Source: the human T2T-CHM13v2.0 reference genome, Homo sapiens
Assembly (NCBI RefSeq): GCF_009914755.1
Contig: NC_060926.1
Length of the DNA: 64,000 bases
Strand: one strand, 5' to 3'
Made by a program: the position numbers and the translations under genes. Below are positions 39,131-53,800 of the stretch, in pieces; position 1 is the stretch's first letter; every line of letters starts with the position of its first letter. Below the pieces are notes generated by a model that saw only the letters and a list, made by a program, of their open reading frames with translations, had not been told where the DNA came from and searched no databases.

Positions 39131-40559
39131 AGAACACAAGGTTGCCCCTCCTGCAGTCTATTGCAAAAGACCAGACACCTGCAAAGATAGAGGAGGTGAT
39201 GCAATGCTTACAAAGATCCCATTTAACAAGGTATTTGCTTGTAACTCGTGCTTCTTTATTTTCTGTTCTATTTTTTGATAAAAGATTTGAGCCTCACCTT
39301 CCCTTACTTAAAATACGTGGAGTTGCTCCTGTATTCCTGACCAAATCCTGATATAATAATTAGGAACATGGATTTTCATGTCCAAGAGACAAGAGTTGAC
39401 ATAGCAGCTCTCCTACAAGGGTGGAAATGTTAATCCTACTTATCTCATAGGGCTGTTCTGACAAATAAGGAATAAAAGTACACTGTAGACTGTACAAAAT
39501 CAAAAGAAAATAAATATTCCATCTAATGAAAAACTACCGTTTCCGAAGGTTATTTCTTCTCCATAGCTTTAATAAAATGACCTTTTAAAAGACCCTTTCA
39601 TATGAGGTTGATACCTCCGAGAACTTTATCTTTCCGTAGAGGTCTTTGAAACTTCTGTTCCACATTCGTTCCTTTGTTTTGTCCAAACCTGTAAAGGAAG
39701 AGACATACGGCCCGAGGCTGCATGAGCTCCCCAAGACCATCCCTCAGCACAGCTTGGTGAGCCCAAGAAGGCAATAGGATCTGATTGCAGAGGAGCCCAG
39801 TTAGAACCCCTTTCCTTGTTTGGTGTAAAATGAGATTTCCTGAATTTAACATCCTGTAACTTTGGTTTATACAGCTGAGACTTCTTATTAACGTCTGAGA
39901 TTGGTTTGCGTCCTGGACACAGGCTGCATACCATTACAGAGGGATTTATTTGACTCCTCTGAGAAGGACTCCATTTTGTCCTCCAAAAGCATTGCTTTTC
40001 TCAGGTTTATCCAGGAAAGCATGGGTGGCCCTTACATAATCTGGAAATTAATTGTTGACTGTGGAAAGAAGGGGTCGTAGGAAATTCCTAAATTCTAACC
40101 TGAGCGCCAAGTCCCAGATTCCTTACGTTATTCTTAAATATCCCTTGCAACCTCCCCTCCACCCCGACACATGCTTTTTGTCCATTTGTTTGTCTTTGAG
40201 CCTTATGTACATAAAACCAATGTATTCTTTGGAAAATGAGTGCGAAGACTTTGTGTTTTTAAATTTAAATTAATGGTCTTGTGCAGCAAGTACAGTGGGC
40301 ATATAACTGATTTTCCGGGGAATGTTGAGAGTGAAATGGGCACCTAGTAATATTCACTCTGCGATAACAGTCAAAAACTGGGACTATCCTTGCCAAACTA
40401 AGACTTGTGTTCACCCTAAACATAAAATAAAAGTCTTTTAAAAAATTTTGATACAATGTTACATTTTTTCAATTTTTACATATTCAGGTCATTGAATAGC
40501 ATCTCATATTACATATATGTCATGATGTCTACCTTATACGAAGCTATAATAAATGACCT

Positions 40560-43300
40560 CATGTGCTTTTCAAAACTAGTATCCTTCTCATTGCTTGTGA
40601 ACTTGAGTTTCTTTTACATATTTATTAATCACTAATGTTTCAAGGCCTATAAATTGACTATTCATAATCATTGCCCATTTTTCTGTTGTGTTTCCCTTTC
40701 CTTCCTGATTTACGTGAGCTCCTATGAATTCTAGATGTGAATTTTTTTGAAAATTTAAGATTTTATAACTGTTTTTCATTAGTATCCCTTCTTCCATGTT
40801 TGTCTCTGACATTCTTGGTTAAATATATATTTTTAATTTAGAGGTAATTATATTTACAGCTATCCCTTATTTACATTTAAGTTTTCCTTTTTGGTTTGTG
40901 CTTTTGAAATCCTACTGAATGTCTTCCCTCATCTCAATGATGTACTTCCTCATTTTCATAAGCTTTAAATCTTTACATTTTACATTTAGGCTTTTTTTCC
41001 ATTTGGAGTTGATTTTTGAGGTGTTGTGAGTTGGGAATCTACCTTTAATTGTAAAACTTTAGACCCAGGTTTCCCAATACATTTGCTAAACCTCTGTGCT
41101 TTCACTACTTCACTACACATCAAGTTTGCAGGTTTCTCCATCTGTTCCTGGCTTGTATGTCAATTTCTGTTCTAAAATACTATTTGTTCGACAAATGTTT
41201 GGAAGCATGTCGTCTTATCTGGTAGGGCTATTCCCCCATCTCTTTTCTTCATTTCCAAAGTTTCTTAACTATTGAATGTATTTTGAATTGATTTTCCAAT
41301 TTGCCAAAACCTGCTACTGAAGAAATTGCTTAGAATTGTATTGAATTGATGAATGGATTTTAGCAAAACTGATTATTCATAAAATTAACTCATCCAACAG
41401 GTAGCAGCAGCAAAAATGGCAAAATGAGGACTTTTGAGAATTCCTTTCTCTATGGAAACAAAACCCTGGGGGAAAATGGTCTGAATCAACCTTTTCAGAA
41501 CTCTGGAAATTAGTCCGAGACTTGAAGCAATTCAGGTTGCATTTGTATAAGAAAAGTGACAGAATCTCAGTAAGAACAGCAAGCTTTGAAGGATTTGAAC
41601 TTGCCCAGTTGCCTTCCTTCTTTCTCCATCTCTGCAGGGGACTTAAAACCAACATCCCACACTCATAATGAAAACCTGGCAGGAGGCAGAACAGGATTGG
41701 AGCTGCTTCAAAGCCTTAGGTCCAGAGAACTCATCACCTATGCAGATCCTCAATAAGACTCAAAGCTGATTCCGCCTCAGAAACCACGGAGACCCAAAGC
41801 CAAATTCAAAGTGCTGAAAGTTAACTCATCCAATCAGTCAACTCTTGTACAGACCTCCTTTTTTTTTGTTCTTGGAGTTTGTTTTATTCTAATAAAGGTG
41901 TTTTATATTGTTGTTGTATTATTCTTAAATACCATATTTTAGTTGCTATTATAAATGGTACTTCTATTGCCGTTTTGTCTAACATTTTCTGGTGGTCAAA
42001 TTTCTAGCTAGTGTGGAAGAACACTGATGGTTTTTACTTATTGATTTTCTCTCTGGCAATCTCACTAAACCTTATGATAAGTAATAAACCTTATGATAGT
42101 AGAAAAGGTTGATATGATATGATAGTAGTAATCCTCTGGATTACCCATCCCCTCTTGATAATCTCTGTTGAAATAATCACATTATGTGCAACTAATGACA
42201 ATGTCACTGCTCTTATAGTCTCTATGTGCATTTCTTTTTCTTGTCTTACTGCTTTGACTCATTCAGTTGACTGCCATTCACAGAACAGATGTGGAACGGT
42301 TGTTTTCGTTATCATGTGCCTAAAAAGAATGTGATTAAAATTTGCCAGTTCAATATAATATTGGATGTAGGGTTTTAATAAATAACTTTCAACAAACTGC
42401 AAGAGTCATCTTCCCTTTCTAGTATTCTAATGGCACTGGTTTTTTAAAAATAATAAATTGGTATTGAAGTTGTCTTATGCTTTTTTCTGTATCCATTTCC
42501 ATTAAGATAATTATTTGGATTTTTTCTACTTTTCATTATATGATATATTGAATAATTATATTTTCTGAGGCTGAACTCTCCTTGAATCTCTGTTACAAAT
42601 GCTGCTTGTCATGAGATACTATTTTTCATGCTGTCGTTAAATTAGTAAATTAATTTTTATTTAGGATCTTAAATCTACATATGTAAGTAAAACTGATTTT
42701 TTTGTTCTTATAATATCTTTGTCTAATTTTAGAATCAATCTTATAAAGTGTGAAGCCTCACGAAGTGTTTTGAGATGACTTCACTTTTTATATTATATGG
42801 GACAAGTTCCATCAGATACGGATTACCTGTTTCCTGGAAGTTTAAAATTACATAGCTACCTATAGAAAATTATATCGTTAATATTTCATTTTCTTTCATG
42901 GTTACTAGTCTGTACATATATACACATATTTATATGTGTATATATACATATATACAAATAAATTTGTATTGAGCATACATATATATATACACACATATAT
43001 ACCGAATTTGGCTTCTCAGAAATCCATCTATTATCAATGAGATTTCCATTTTATTGGCAGACAGTTTTTACAGTGTTACTATACGTTAAGTTTAGTAATT
43101 TGCTTAATTTACTATCATTTTCCAATTTTCATAGTCCATTTTATTTATTACCATCTTCTCTCTAACTTTGGGATCATTTTTATCAGAAATCTAGCTGACA
43201 TTTCAGTATTTCCATTTCATGGGCTGAAGGATTTGTTAATTATCTGGTGTGTGTTTTTGTGTGCTTTTTTTTTAAAGCAAAGATTTTTTGACTTGTACGA
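40560..43300 (-). mobile_element. Decayed L1ME-type fragments, with a nested plus-strand L1 5'-like piece at about 41400-41820
   Basis: Antisense L1 motifs ttttacatttagg...ccatttggagttgattttt and tcttttcttgtcttactgc; boundaries approximate. Confidence 0.6.
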
Positions 43301-43439
43301 AAGTAAGATATAGACAAACTAGATGCTAAAAGAAAATATGCAAATAAATACTCACTATGAAAAGTGAAAAATAATAGGAAACATTCTAATATATAATGAC
43401 AATATTTCCTTCCTTTCATTTCTTGCCTTTGGAACTTTT

Positions 43440-43742
43440 TTAAATTTTTATTTTTTTTTTTAGACGGAGTCTCGCTCTGTCACCCAGGCTGGAGTGCAAT
43501 GGCCCGATATTGGCTCACTGAAACCTCCGCTTACCAGGTTCAAGTGATTATTTTGCCTCAGCCTCCCAAGTAGCTTGTAATACAGGCATGTGCCACCACA
43601 CCTGGCTAATTTTTTAATTTTTAGTAGAGATGGGATATCGCCATGTTGGCCAGGCTGGTCTCAAATTCTGGGCCTCAGGTGATCTTCCCGCCTTGGCCTC
43701 CCAAGGTGCTGGGATTATAAGCATGAGCCCCCATGCCTGACC
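43440..43742 (-). mobile_element. AluS
   Basis: T tract followed by an antisense Alu dimer. Confidence 0.92.
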
Positions 43743-44054
43743 CCTTTGGAACTTTATTAAATTAATGTTAGTACTTCTATCTTCCATATCTTTTAACTTT
43801 TTTCTCAATCATCATATTACTTTATTGCTTTTGAATGTATGCTGGAAGACATTATTTAAATTCAACTTACAAATTGATTCTTCAGCTATATCTATTATCT
43901 ATTCATCTGTAAAAATCCATTCATTAAGCTCTTTATTTCATCAATTTCATTTGTCATGCCCAAAGACTTCATGTATGCTTGTTCTTGCTTTCAATATCTT
44001 TTTTATTCTGAGAATATGTGTATATGTGTATATATATATACACACACACACACA

Positions 44055-45003
44055 TTTAGAGCTCAGAAAAACGACACTCCAAAAAGAAGGCCGCTGAGCA
44101 GTGAAAGTTTTTCTCTTTCTCCTGACCTTCTGTCTCTCAGTCTTTAGCCAGCCATAGAAATGAAAATCTCTCTTTCCCAAGGTGGGTCATAGAAACCAAA
44201 GTCCCACTGTCCCTAAGCCAATCATAAAACCTGGAAATATTACATAAGTGTTGTCTCTGCTTTTTTGTGTAAAAACTGGCCATAGAGAAATTATCTGACC
44301 TACCTTGTTTGACTGTAGATCATAAGACCCCTAATATGGTTTGACTCTGTGTCCCCACCCAAATCTCTCCTTGCATTGTAATAATCCCCTCATGTCAAGG
44401 GCAGGACCAGATGGAGATAATTGAATCATGGGGTCAGTTTCCTCCATGCTATTCTCATGATAGTGAGTGATTTCCCACGAGATATGATGGTTTTATAAGG
44501 GGCTTCCCCTTTCTCTCAGGACTCATTCTCTCTCCTGCCACCCTGTGAAGAGGTGCCTTCTGCCATGATTGTAAGTTTCCTGAGGCCTCCCCAGCCATGT
44601 GGAACTCTGAGTCAATTAAACCTCTTTATAAGTTACCCAGTCTCAGCTATTTCTTCATAGCCGTGTGAGAATGGGCTAATACCACCCCATTCCAGAGAGG
44701 GTCCTGCCCAATACTCAGAAGGAAAGAATGCAGGCTCAGAGAGGCTAAGAAGAGTCCAGATAGGGCTTGCTGGGTGTCCCCACTCTGCCTATTAGCATTA
44801 GATCATATACTTTTGGTCCAATCATATTTCTATACAGCTGTTCATACTTTGTTGAACCTAAGCATAAAAACAGACAAATTTCCTCTATATCTTTGCATCT
44901 TCATTCTGAAGGCTACTGTGTATATACATTAAGTAAATTTGTATGTCTTATCTCCAATTAACCTGCATTTTGCAAGATGATTTTTCAGTGAACCTTCAGA
45001 AGA
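44055..45003 (+). mobile_element. MER39/MER34-like ERV1 LTR, split by a THE1
   Basis: gctcagaaaaacgacactccaaaa...ggtgggtcatagaaacc; resumes after the THE1 and ends ttttcagtgaaccttcagaag. Confidence 0.7.
44332..44683 (+). mobile_element. THE1C/D solo LTR nested in the ERV1 LTR
   Basis: THE1 sequence with perfect 5-bp TSD ACCCC at 44327-44331 and 44684-44688. Confidence 0.92.
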
Positions 45004-46917
45004 CAATATACATATTTTATATTCTTATTCTATATCATTCTGTTAGTTTTGATTCCTCAAGTATTGATATTTCTGTTTATTCGATGGTTCTCATAATGCT
45101 TTGGCCAGAGGGATTTCTTGTGAGATCATCTTTTATTCTCATGGGACTACTAGCTGCTTTGTTTACAATGTGTGCTGGATGATGGAGTAAAAGCATGCCT
45201 TTAGTTTATTTTCCTTCAGGAAAATTTGGGGCTGTTCCAGGGAACAGAGTTCCCAGTGTTACATTCTAGGGTCTGGACTCTCCTTACTGCCTTCTCCCCA
45301 CCATAGAACTTTCTAGGATTTCCTTTCCAGGCGCTGCTCTGTCCCCATGGTTATCAACCTCTCTGTCATTACATGTCCCACTTGGTGGAGGTGGGGCTCA
45401 GGGGCTCTGTCAGGCTGGCCAAGTCTGCTGTACCATTTGCTGAGGACTCCACCCATGCTGTGGTCTAGTTCCAAATTAACATCACCCACCCACCTTGGGC
45501 GAGACAGGGCTGACCCATGTTTTATTCTTACTCTGTTGATGTTAAAGCACTGACAGAGATCCATTCAGGGAAGCAGGAGAATAAAAGCAAAACTAAACAA
45601 CCAATGCAAAACAAGTCCACGCCTCCCTGGCTGTGGGTGATGATTCTCTCTGGCTCCAGGCTGCTATCCAGTTCCTCTTCTACCTTCTGCTGCAGCCATG
45701 GGCACTCAATGATCTTCTCTCCTGCTAAGGGCTCCCTACAATCTTTATGTCAGGTTTATAAGATTCTGATGTCATTGACCTCCATGTATCATGAACGGCC
45801 TCTTAAGAATAGAGTAAAGACACCCATATCTTAAGTATCTCTTCTACAACCTCTAGTGCACTATTTAAAATTCTTAAAAGAATCCAGGATACAAGATGCA
45901 GGTGGTGATGGTCAGAATGAAGGGCCTGGAATAGAGATTCCTAAAAAGAGGTCACATGAGGAACATTTGGAGGGATTGGTGAGCTGGCAGCCATATCAAC
46001 CCAAGGCCCACTCTTCCTGCCATGGTTGGTGGGACTCAGTGTTTAGAGAACAGCTGGTACAGGCTTGAATTCTTAGATCACATGCTGGTCACATTGCATG
46101 GCTTTGCTGAAGGTGAAAACTTGCTTTCAATATTAAAACTAGACAGCGTAATCATTGACAGACAGCAGTGAGATATCTGGTGGAGTTAAGATACCTTGGG
46201 AATAGACGGCTGCGTTTGGAATTTATTTGATGTGCATATGCAGTCTGTCATCTTTCCAGCCAATCCCATATTGCTGTCTTGCCTCTTCATTATCTCCCCA
46301 ACCTGAGAGATTAAAGAGAAGCATTTTGTTTGTCAGCTCAGAAGTAAGCACTGTCCATTACCTGATAAGACTGAAGCAGGGTTTAACAAGCCAATTTGAA
46401 CCAAATAGAAAATGTCCTATCATGCTATCAGCTGGTCTCTTTGTTTGCGCATACTGTCCCTGTGTTCTTGATAATCTGGTAAAACCCAGGGAAACTTAGT
46501 ATATATGGATTAGTCAGAAATGAATGCTCACTTTGGAAGCCTGCTAGAAGAGGTCAATGCATTTCTCTACAGGAAGTGCCTAGATTTATAACCTACAGGA
46601 TTGAGGACAGTGAAAATAAGAAAGGCATTTCATGTAAATTAGAAAATATCTCCAGAATCTTCTGATTCTATCTCAAGTGAGAAGCCAAGTCCAAAAAGGC
46701 TGGAGACCAATTTCTAATTATCATCTTTGTATTTGTATAAGCTTTGACATTTTGGGGAGGATAAAAGTATGTATGTGCCTATGAATATCCAGATGTTAAT
46801 TCCTCTGAATGAACAAAGACAGGGCTTCTCCCATCAGCTGGGAAATTCAGTAGGTGAAGTAGAACTTAGTAGAGCCTGTGTTTAGAGCCTTAGGGGATGT
46901 TTAAGAACTCTACTACT

Positions 46918-47324
<407 letters not shown>

Positions 47325-48009
47325 TCACTGAGACATGCACGTGTGATCAGCACTGTGGTGAGTGCTTCGCACACATTTTCACAACTAACTACCTAAGAAT
47401 TTTGTGAGGTGTTTTATACCTTCCATAACCTGTAGATGAAGAACTGAGACTCCCAGATGCATTTGACTGCCCACAGTACTAAGAAGCATTGTGTGCATGT
47501 TGCTAAAGACATACAAGACATTATTTTCTCTCTTTACCTACAAAATCTCCACTGAGCTTTCTTGGTGACAAGTCTGAGGTACAGCACGTAGGTAAACACT
47601 GACTTAATGTGTCTCAACTGTTAAGGAAGACATAAAGGTAAATGGCAGTGATTAGCCATTGTCACCATGCTGTTTGCCCTCGTGCTGAAATTGTGTGTAG
47701 CAGACAGGCTCTGAGTGGCTCTATTTCTCATACATACTTTTGTCTTTAATGTGGGTGCTCAAATGTGGCAGAACAGCTGTAGAGTGACGTGATCAGCCAA
47801 ATGGTCCACTGCGGATAGAAGCGAAAGACTGTAAGACAGGTCAGGAACACAGAACTATTGGTCGTCCCTTCCAAGTGCGGCATTGGTCTTGGCTTCTGAT
47901 CCAGGTTGAACCTAGATTTAAAGAAAAATTTAACCATATTGGTTTGTTAATTAGGAATCTCAGATACAGCCATTGTTGTCCACTGAGGTCCTCAGCAACA
48001 GAAAACATT

Positions 48010-48250
48010 GAAGAAAGAGGCGGAGAGTGAAGAGAAAGAGAGAAAGGAGGAGAAGGAGAAAGAGGCAGAGAGAAAAGGAAAGGAAGGAAGCAAAGAAGAA
48101 AAGAGGAAGCGAGGAAGGAAGGAAGAAAGGAAGGAGAAAGAAAAGAAAGAAGAAAGAGAAAGGAGAGAAGGAAGGGAGGGAGGGAGGAAGAAAAAGAAAG
48201 AGAAAGAAAGAATGAATAAAGGGAGGGAAAGAGAGAGAGACGAAAAGAGG
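48010..48250. repeat. GA-rich polypurine low-complexity tract
   Basis: About 240 bp almost entirely A/G. Confidence 0.9.
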
Positions 48251-48852
48251 GGCAAGTCACTCTTCATCTCTGTGTGTATATAGATACATCTTTGCCCTCG
48301 TAGAATTTACTGCCTCAGGAAATTTTCAATAAAATGTTAAGATTCAAATGGTAGATAAATGAGGCAAATATGAAAGGTCCCTTTATACACGGGAGAAAAT
48401 TCAATAAATTTAAAAACAAAAATTTTTCTTGGCCAATAATCTAATAAATAATAGATTTAAAACCATCTTGTGATACTAGGCATAGATAGAAAAATTTGCA
48501 TGCACACGTGTATGTGCACGTGAACACACAGAGACCCCCACTCTGATATTGGTGAGACTGGGCTGAATTTAGCATGCACCAGCTCCTGAGAGCACTTTCC
48601 AGTCCAATAGCATAACAAGAAACCAGAGCCTTCTTTGATTGTTGTTGCTCTTTTCCTGTGACCAGGTGATCCCATCATTTGGAATTTTACCTAACGAGAA
48701 ATTTAACAGAAGCAAAAGTCTATTCAAGCACATTTCTTGTATCTAAAATAATACAAATTCCCCATCAATAATTGGTTAATTACTGTATGTAAAAAATGCT
48801 AGATTTTTCAACAACCAAGAAAATGTTGGTACATTTAAAGACTACATGGAAC

Positions 48853-49180
48853 TGCTGGGCATGGTGGCTCGTGCCTGTAATTCCAGTCCTTTGGGAGGCT
48901 GGGGCAGGTGGATCACTTGAGGCCAGGAGTTCAAGACCAGCCTGGCCATCATGGCAAAACCCCATCTCTATTAAAAATACAAACAACAAACAAACAAACA
49001 AACAAAACCGCATGTGGTGGCTGGCGCCTGTAGTCCCAGCTACTCAGGAGGCTGAGGCACAAAAATCTCTTGAACCCGGCAGGTGTAGGTTACAGTGAGC
49101 CGAGACTGCATCACTGCACTCCAGCGTGGGCAACAGAGCAAGACTCTGCTTCAAAAAAAAAAGAAAAAGAAAAAGAAAGA
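48853..49180 (+). mobile_element. Alu (old S/J), middle linker expanded to (CAAA)n
   Basis: Alu dimer with an acaaacaacaaacaaac linker. Confidence 0.9.
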
Positions 49181-51104
49181 CTTTTAAAATGCCCAATCAT
49201 ATATGTTTTATTGATACCTAATGCACTTATGAAATTGCCTAGCTACTGCAAAATATATAAGCTTTTAAACATACCTGCTGTAGAAAAGAGTTCTTATGAT
49301 ATAGAACATGCCTTGAGGTTAATTTTGAAATTTGAAAGAGCATAATTTGCATATTATAGCCCGAAGAAAATAACAGAATTCTCTACCTCACACTCTTTCC
49401 TTCCTCCTGCTCCTACTCATACACCCTTCTTTCACCACCGCATCTCCCCTCCCAATAAAATCTAAGCCATGTGACTTTTTTCAACATCTGCTTCCTTTCT
49501 TTTCTTTCACAGAAAGCACGCATGAATAATCAGACCGCACTGCTGCTGTTAATTGTAAAAATCATTAGTAAACTTCCAGGTGCTGTTTACTATATAAGCA
49601 TTGTAATTTTCTATCCTAAAATCAGCAACTCCCCCACATCATTGTCTGCCCCAGGGCATGAGCACTGTGCAGCTTTGAGGTTGTCAAAGGCAGTTGCAGC
49701 CCCATTTACTGGGACTGAAAGAGATCGATCCACACCTGCAGCGTTTGAGGCAATAATTCCTGATATTAACCAGACCTCATGAGGAGAGGGCCCTTTTGCC
49801 AGCCTCCTCATGATTCAACACTCTCCAATCCATGTGGAATCATTGAATATGCTGTGATTGGCTGATACCCACCACGTCCATTCTTCCCCTTTCTGCCATC
49901 ACTCCACCTATTGTCCAAAGATTCTGGAAAGAAACCTGTAGAGAAGAGAAAGCCAGTTTAGATGCCATTTGTCTCTAACTTGTAAGCCCGGCATGCCTGA
50001 ATTTTTGCAATTGCAAATAAAGTGCAGAGGAAGAACAAACTCAAGAAACCTCCAGGGCCCAAACTGCAAGATGCAGGAAGAATCCTGGAGATTCTTCCTG
50101 GAGATTAACTGAGAGAAGAGATCATAGCACAGAGAGGAAGTAACTTGCCCAATGCCATACAAACACTGCCTAACGCTTTGGTTACACAAAACAGATTACA
50201 ACTTCCATCTGTTTCCTTGAAGGCACCTGTGGTTTTCCTCAAGAAATTCAAGATAAAAGAAAACAAAGCTTGAGTTTACATTTTCCCAGGTACTACAATG
50301 GCATCCCTGGGTACACCTGCTGTTCTTTCTCTGGGGCTCCCAATTCCTGCTCTGCTCCTCCAGGCAGGATTCTACACAGCTTTCCAGTAACACTGCAGGA
50401 GTGTCCCTCAGGTGGTCTGGGTACACTTTTGCCTATAACCTGCTGCACTGTATATTCTTACAGCCATAGCCACTATTTTCCTGCACTGTGTCATCTGTTT
50501 GCCTGCTCCTATTTCAGTGGTATTCGAAGTGCCTCTGATAAAAGTGCTTTTCCTTCTTTTTCTTTTTATATTTTTGGCCTAGTTCAATACCTCGGTGAAT
50601 GAATAAAATTCATTAAGAGAGCATTTATAATATCTAATGTTTGAATGAATGTTGGAGATAGAAAGTTCTTAGAGACCATCTAACCCAACTTCAAAATTAA
50701 TTTCTGCATCACAGGTGCAAGAATGTTCAGTGACTCTGCGAACTATGTTTGCACTTTGGCATCAATTCCACCTCCTGGAGTCTTCTCTACCACTTTGTCT
50801 CAGAGACAAAGCCTAGGACGGCATTTCTTAGAATCCCTTCCCCATAGGCTTCCATGAAAAGGAAGGAGGCCATGTTAGGAGGCCACGTTCTCCAGCAGCT
50901 GTGGCGGGAAGAAGCACAGGTGACTCATAGACCAGTGTGGGGAGGAAGCAGATGGGATGGTCTCAGCAGCTCCCAGGCAAGCTCCTCCACAGCTCCTGCT
51001 GTAGTGTTGCAAGCTGAAAACTTTAGCAATAACTTCACTGTCCTTTGTTCCCTGGCTTTTCCAAAATTTTGCTAGGTTTTATTTCCTTGCATTAAAATCT
51101 TCCC

Positions 51105-52280
51105 ACGACGAAAGAGTCATCTTTTTAATGCATGGTGCTGAGTCAGTTAGATACACAGAGTTGAGGTGGAGGATAAATCCTGACCCCTCCCTCATAAAAA
51201 CAAAATCCAGACAGTTCAGATCTACATGTGAAAAGTAAAACAATAATGTTTTAAAGAAAACATACAAAAGCATCTTCATAACCTTGGGGTAGGCAGACCT
51301 TATAAAAGACACAAAAAATTGCTAGTCATAACACACAAAATGATAAATAGAACTTCAATAAATTTAGAAATTTAGTATTCTCTGCATATCAAAAGACACC
51401 ATTAGGAAAAGTCAAGCCACAGAATAAGAAAGGATATTTGCACGACACATATCTGAGAAGACTACCCAGAATATATAAAAATTTACACAAATCAATAAAA
51501 AAGACAGACGTCTCGAAGTAGGTACCTCAAAAAGGAATATCTAAGTGGATGAAAGCCTGTTAAAAACTTCTCAAATTAAGTAACTATTAGATAAATGCAA
51601 ATTAAAACCACGATATACACAAGAGAAAGTCTATAATTTAAATGACAGACAGACAAAGTATTGTGTTTGGAGCAACTGGAACTCACCTACTTTTAAGAGT
51701 AAGTTGGTACAACTATGCTTGTATGTCATTGGAAAACACTGGAAAACTGAAATTATCTACTCAGACTGAACATCCATCCCTCCTACATCCTAGCAATTCT
51801 ACCTCTACATGTATATTAATAGAAATGTACACACATGTTTACAAAAGACATACGACTATTTATAGCAGCAATATTTGAGTAGTTCATATCACAACCCATC
51901 GATCAATCCATAGAATAGATAGGCTGTGATGTATTCATACATGTGCCACTATAAAGCAACGAAAATGAAATAACTATACATTTTCCCAACAAATCATAAT
52001 TTTGATGACTCACAATCAAAATAGCCTGGATACAAAAGAATACATGCTGGATAATCCCATTTACATAAAGTTTTAAAAATCAGAAAAAAAAAATCCATGG
52101 CTTTAGAACTCAAAATAGTGGTTACTTTTTGGGAGGTAATGATTAGAAGGAGGGGGACTTCTTGTTAATGTCGAACTCCTTAGTCTGGATTCTTGTTACA
52201 TGGCATGTTCAGTTTGTAAAATTTCATTGAAATTCACTGTTAATATTTGTGCACTTTTAAATAAATTTTATACTTTAATT
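51105..52280 (+). mobile_element. Old L1 3' end (L1MC/ME-like)
   Basis: catcttcataaccttggggtaggca, aaatgcaaattaaaaccac, aatcccatttacataaag, tatttgtgcactttt. Confidence 0.8.
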
Positions 52281-53277
52281 AAAATGTTACATTAAAAAAA
52301 TTCAGCCTGGGGATACCTGGAGTGTCTTCTATTTTCCTGACTGACAGAGTAAATTATTTAAAATTTATAGTTAATAGGTTTCAGGGCCATGGTTATGAAG
52401 ATGGTGGTGATAATTATGACAGCAATGACAAATATCTTCAACTACAGTGAAAATAGCACTACTGTTTATTAGGTGACAGACAATATGTTGGTGACTTTTT
52501 GATAACCTGACACTGTCCTGGGAAGCAGGAATTGGAATTCCTGTTGCACGGATTGGGAAATTGAAGGTAGCTAATTTGTTCAGTCGCCCAGCTCCTGTCA
52601 GGGTCAAACTTGACTCTTGGACAGAATCTATTGATTCTATGCAGATTTCCCACTTCACCAAAGAATGGCACGATTTTTCATCTGTAACTCAGAATCCCTT
52701 CTCAGTTTGTAAATACTGAGTCACTCAAACTGACGCCCCTATCCACAGTGACACGAAAGTGCTGGGAGTTCTGTCTGTCTGAATGAGGCAGAGATCAATG
52801 CTGATGGGATTTCTGCCCCCACTGTGTAGGGTCCCTCATGCATTTGTGGTGCTTTGTAACAACCCTCATCAAAGTACATAAGAGATGCAGGATCTGCCAA
52901 TTCTAAGCAGCTCTTCCCATCTTTTGTAGGAAGAACTTTCTCACATCCCTGGTACTGGGCAGGGATGAGAACAGCCTGTGGGGCTGGCAGTTGCCTGTCA
53001 GGGTCTCATCTACAGAAATGTCTTCTCTTCTTTTCATCCTGTTAAATTGGAGATTGCGAATCTCTAGAATCAGATAAAATGTTATTTTCTCATTTGGTAA
53101 AAATGGAGAACATTTAATGTCTCATAAAGCTGTAGGAGAGGGTTTGGTAAAATGAGCATTTTAAACCCCCACCTCAAGGAGTATGTGGAATACCAAAGAA
53201 GAGAATTTCCCTTCAGGGGCCTCCATCTCCTCTGCATAAAAGAAAGGAAGATGGAAAGTCCTCCTCGCAGGAAGAGG

Positions 53278-53800
53278 AGTCCTCCATCTCACAGAGTCCT
53301 CCATCTCCTCACAGAGTCCCCCATCTCACAGAGTTCCCCATCCCACAGTCTTCCATCTCACAGTCCTCCATCTACTCACAGGGTCCCCCATCTCACAGAG
53401 TCCTCCATCTCACAGAGTCCTCCATCCCACAGAGTCCCCCATTTCACAGAGTCCTCCATCCCACAGAGTCCCCCATCTCACAGAGTCCTCCATCTCCTCA
53501 CACAGTCCTCCATCTCCTCACAGAGTCTCCCATCTCACAGAGTCCTCCATCTCCTCACAGGGTCCTCCATCTCCTCACAGAGTCCTCCATCTCCTCACAG
53601 AGTCCCCCATCTCACAGAGTCCTCCATCTCCTCACAGAGTCCTCCATCTCCTCACAGAGTCCCCCATCTCACGGAGTCCTCCATCTCCTCACAGAGTCCC
53701 CCATCTCCTCACAAAGTCTCCCATCTCACAGAGTCCCCCATCTCCTCACAGAGTCCCCCATCTCACAGAGTCCTCCATCTCCTGGCAGTCCCCCATCTCC
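53278..53800. repeat. VNTR of mixed 17-bp and 20-bp units
   Basis: cacagagtcc(t/c)ccatct with or without an added cct, roughly 28 units. Confidence 0.96.
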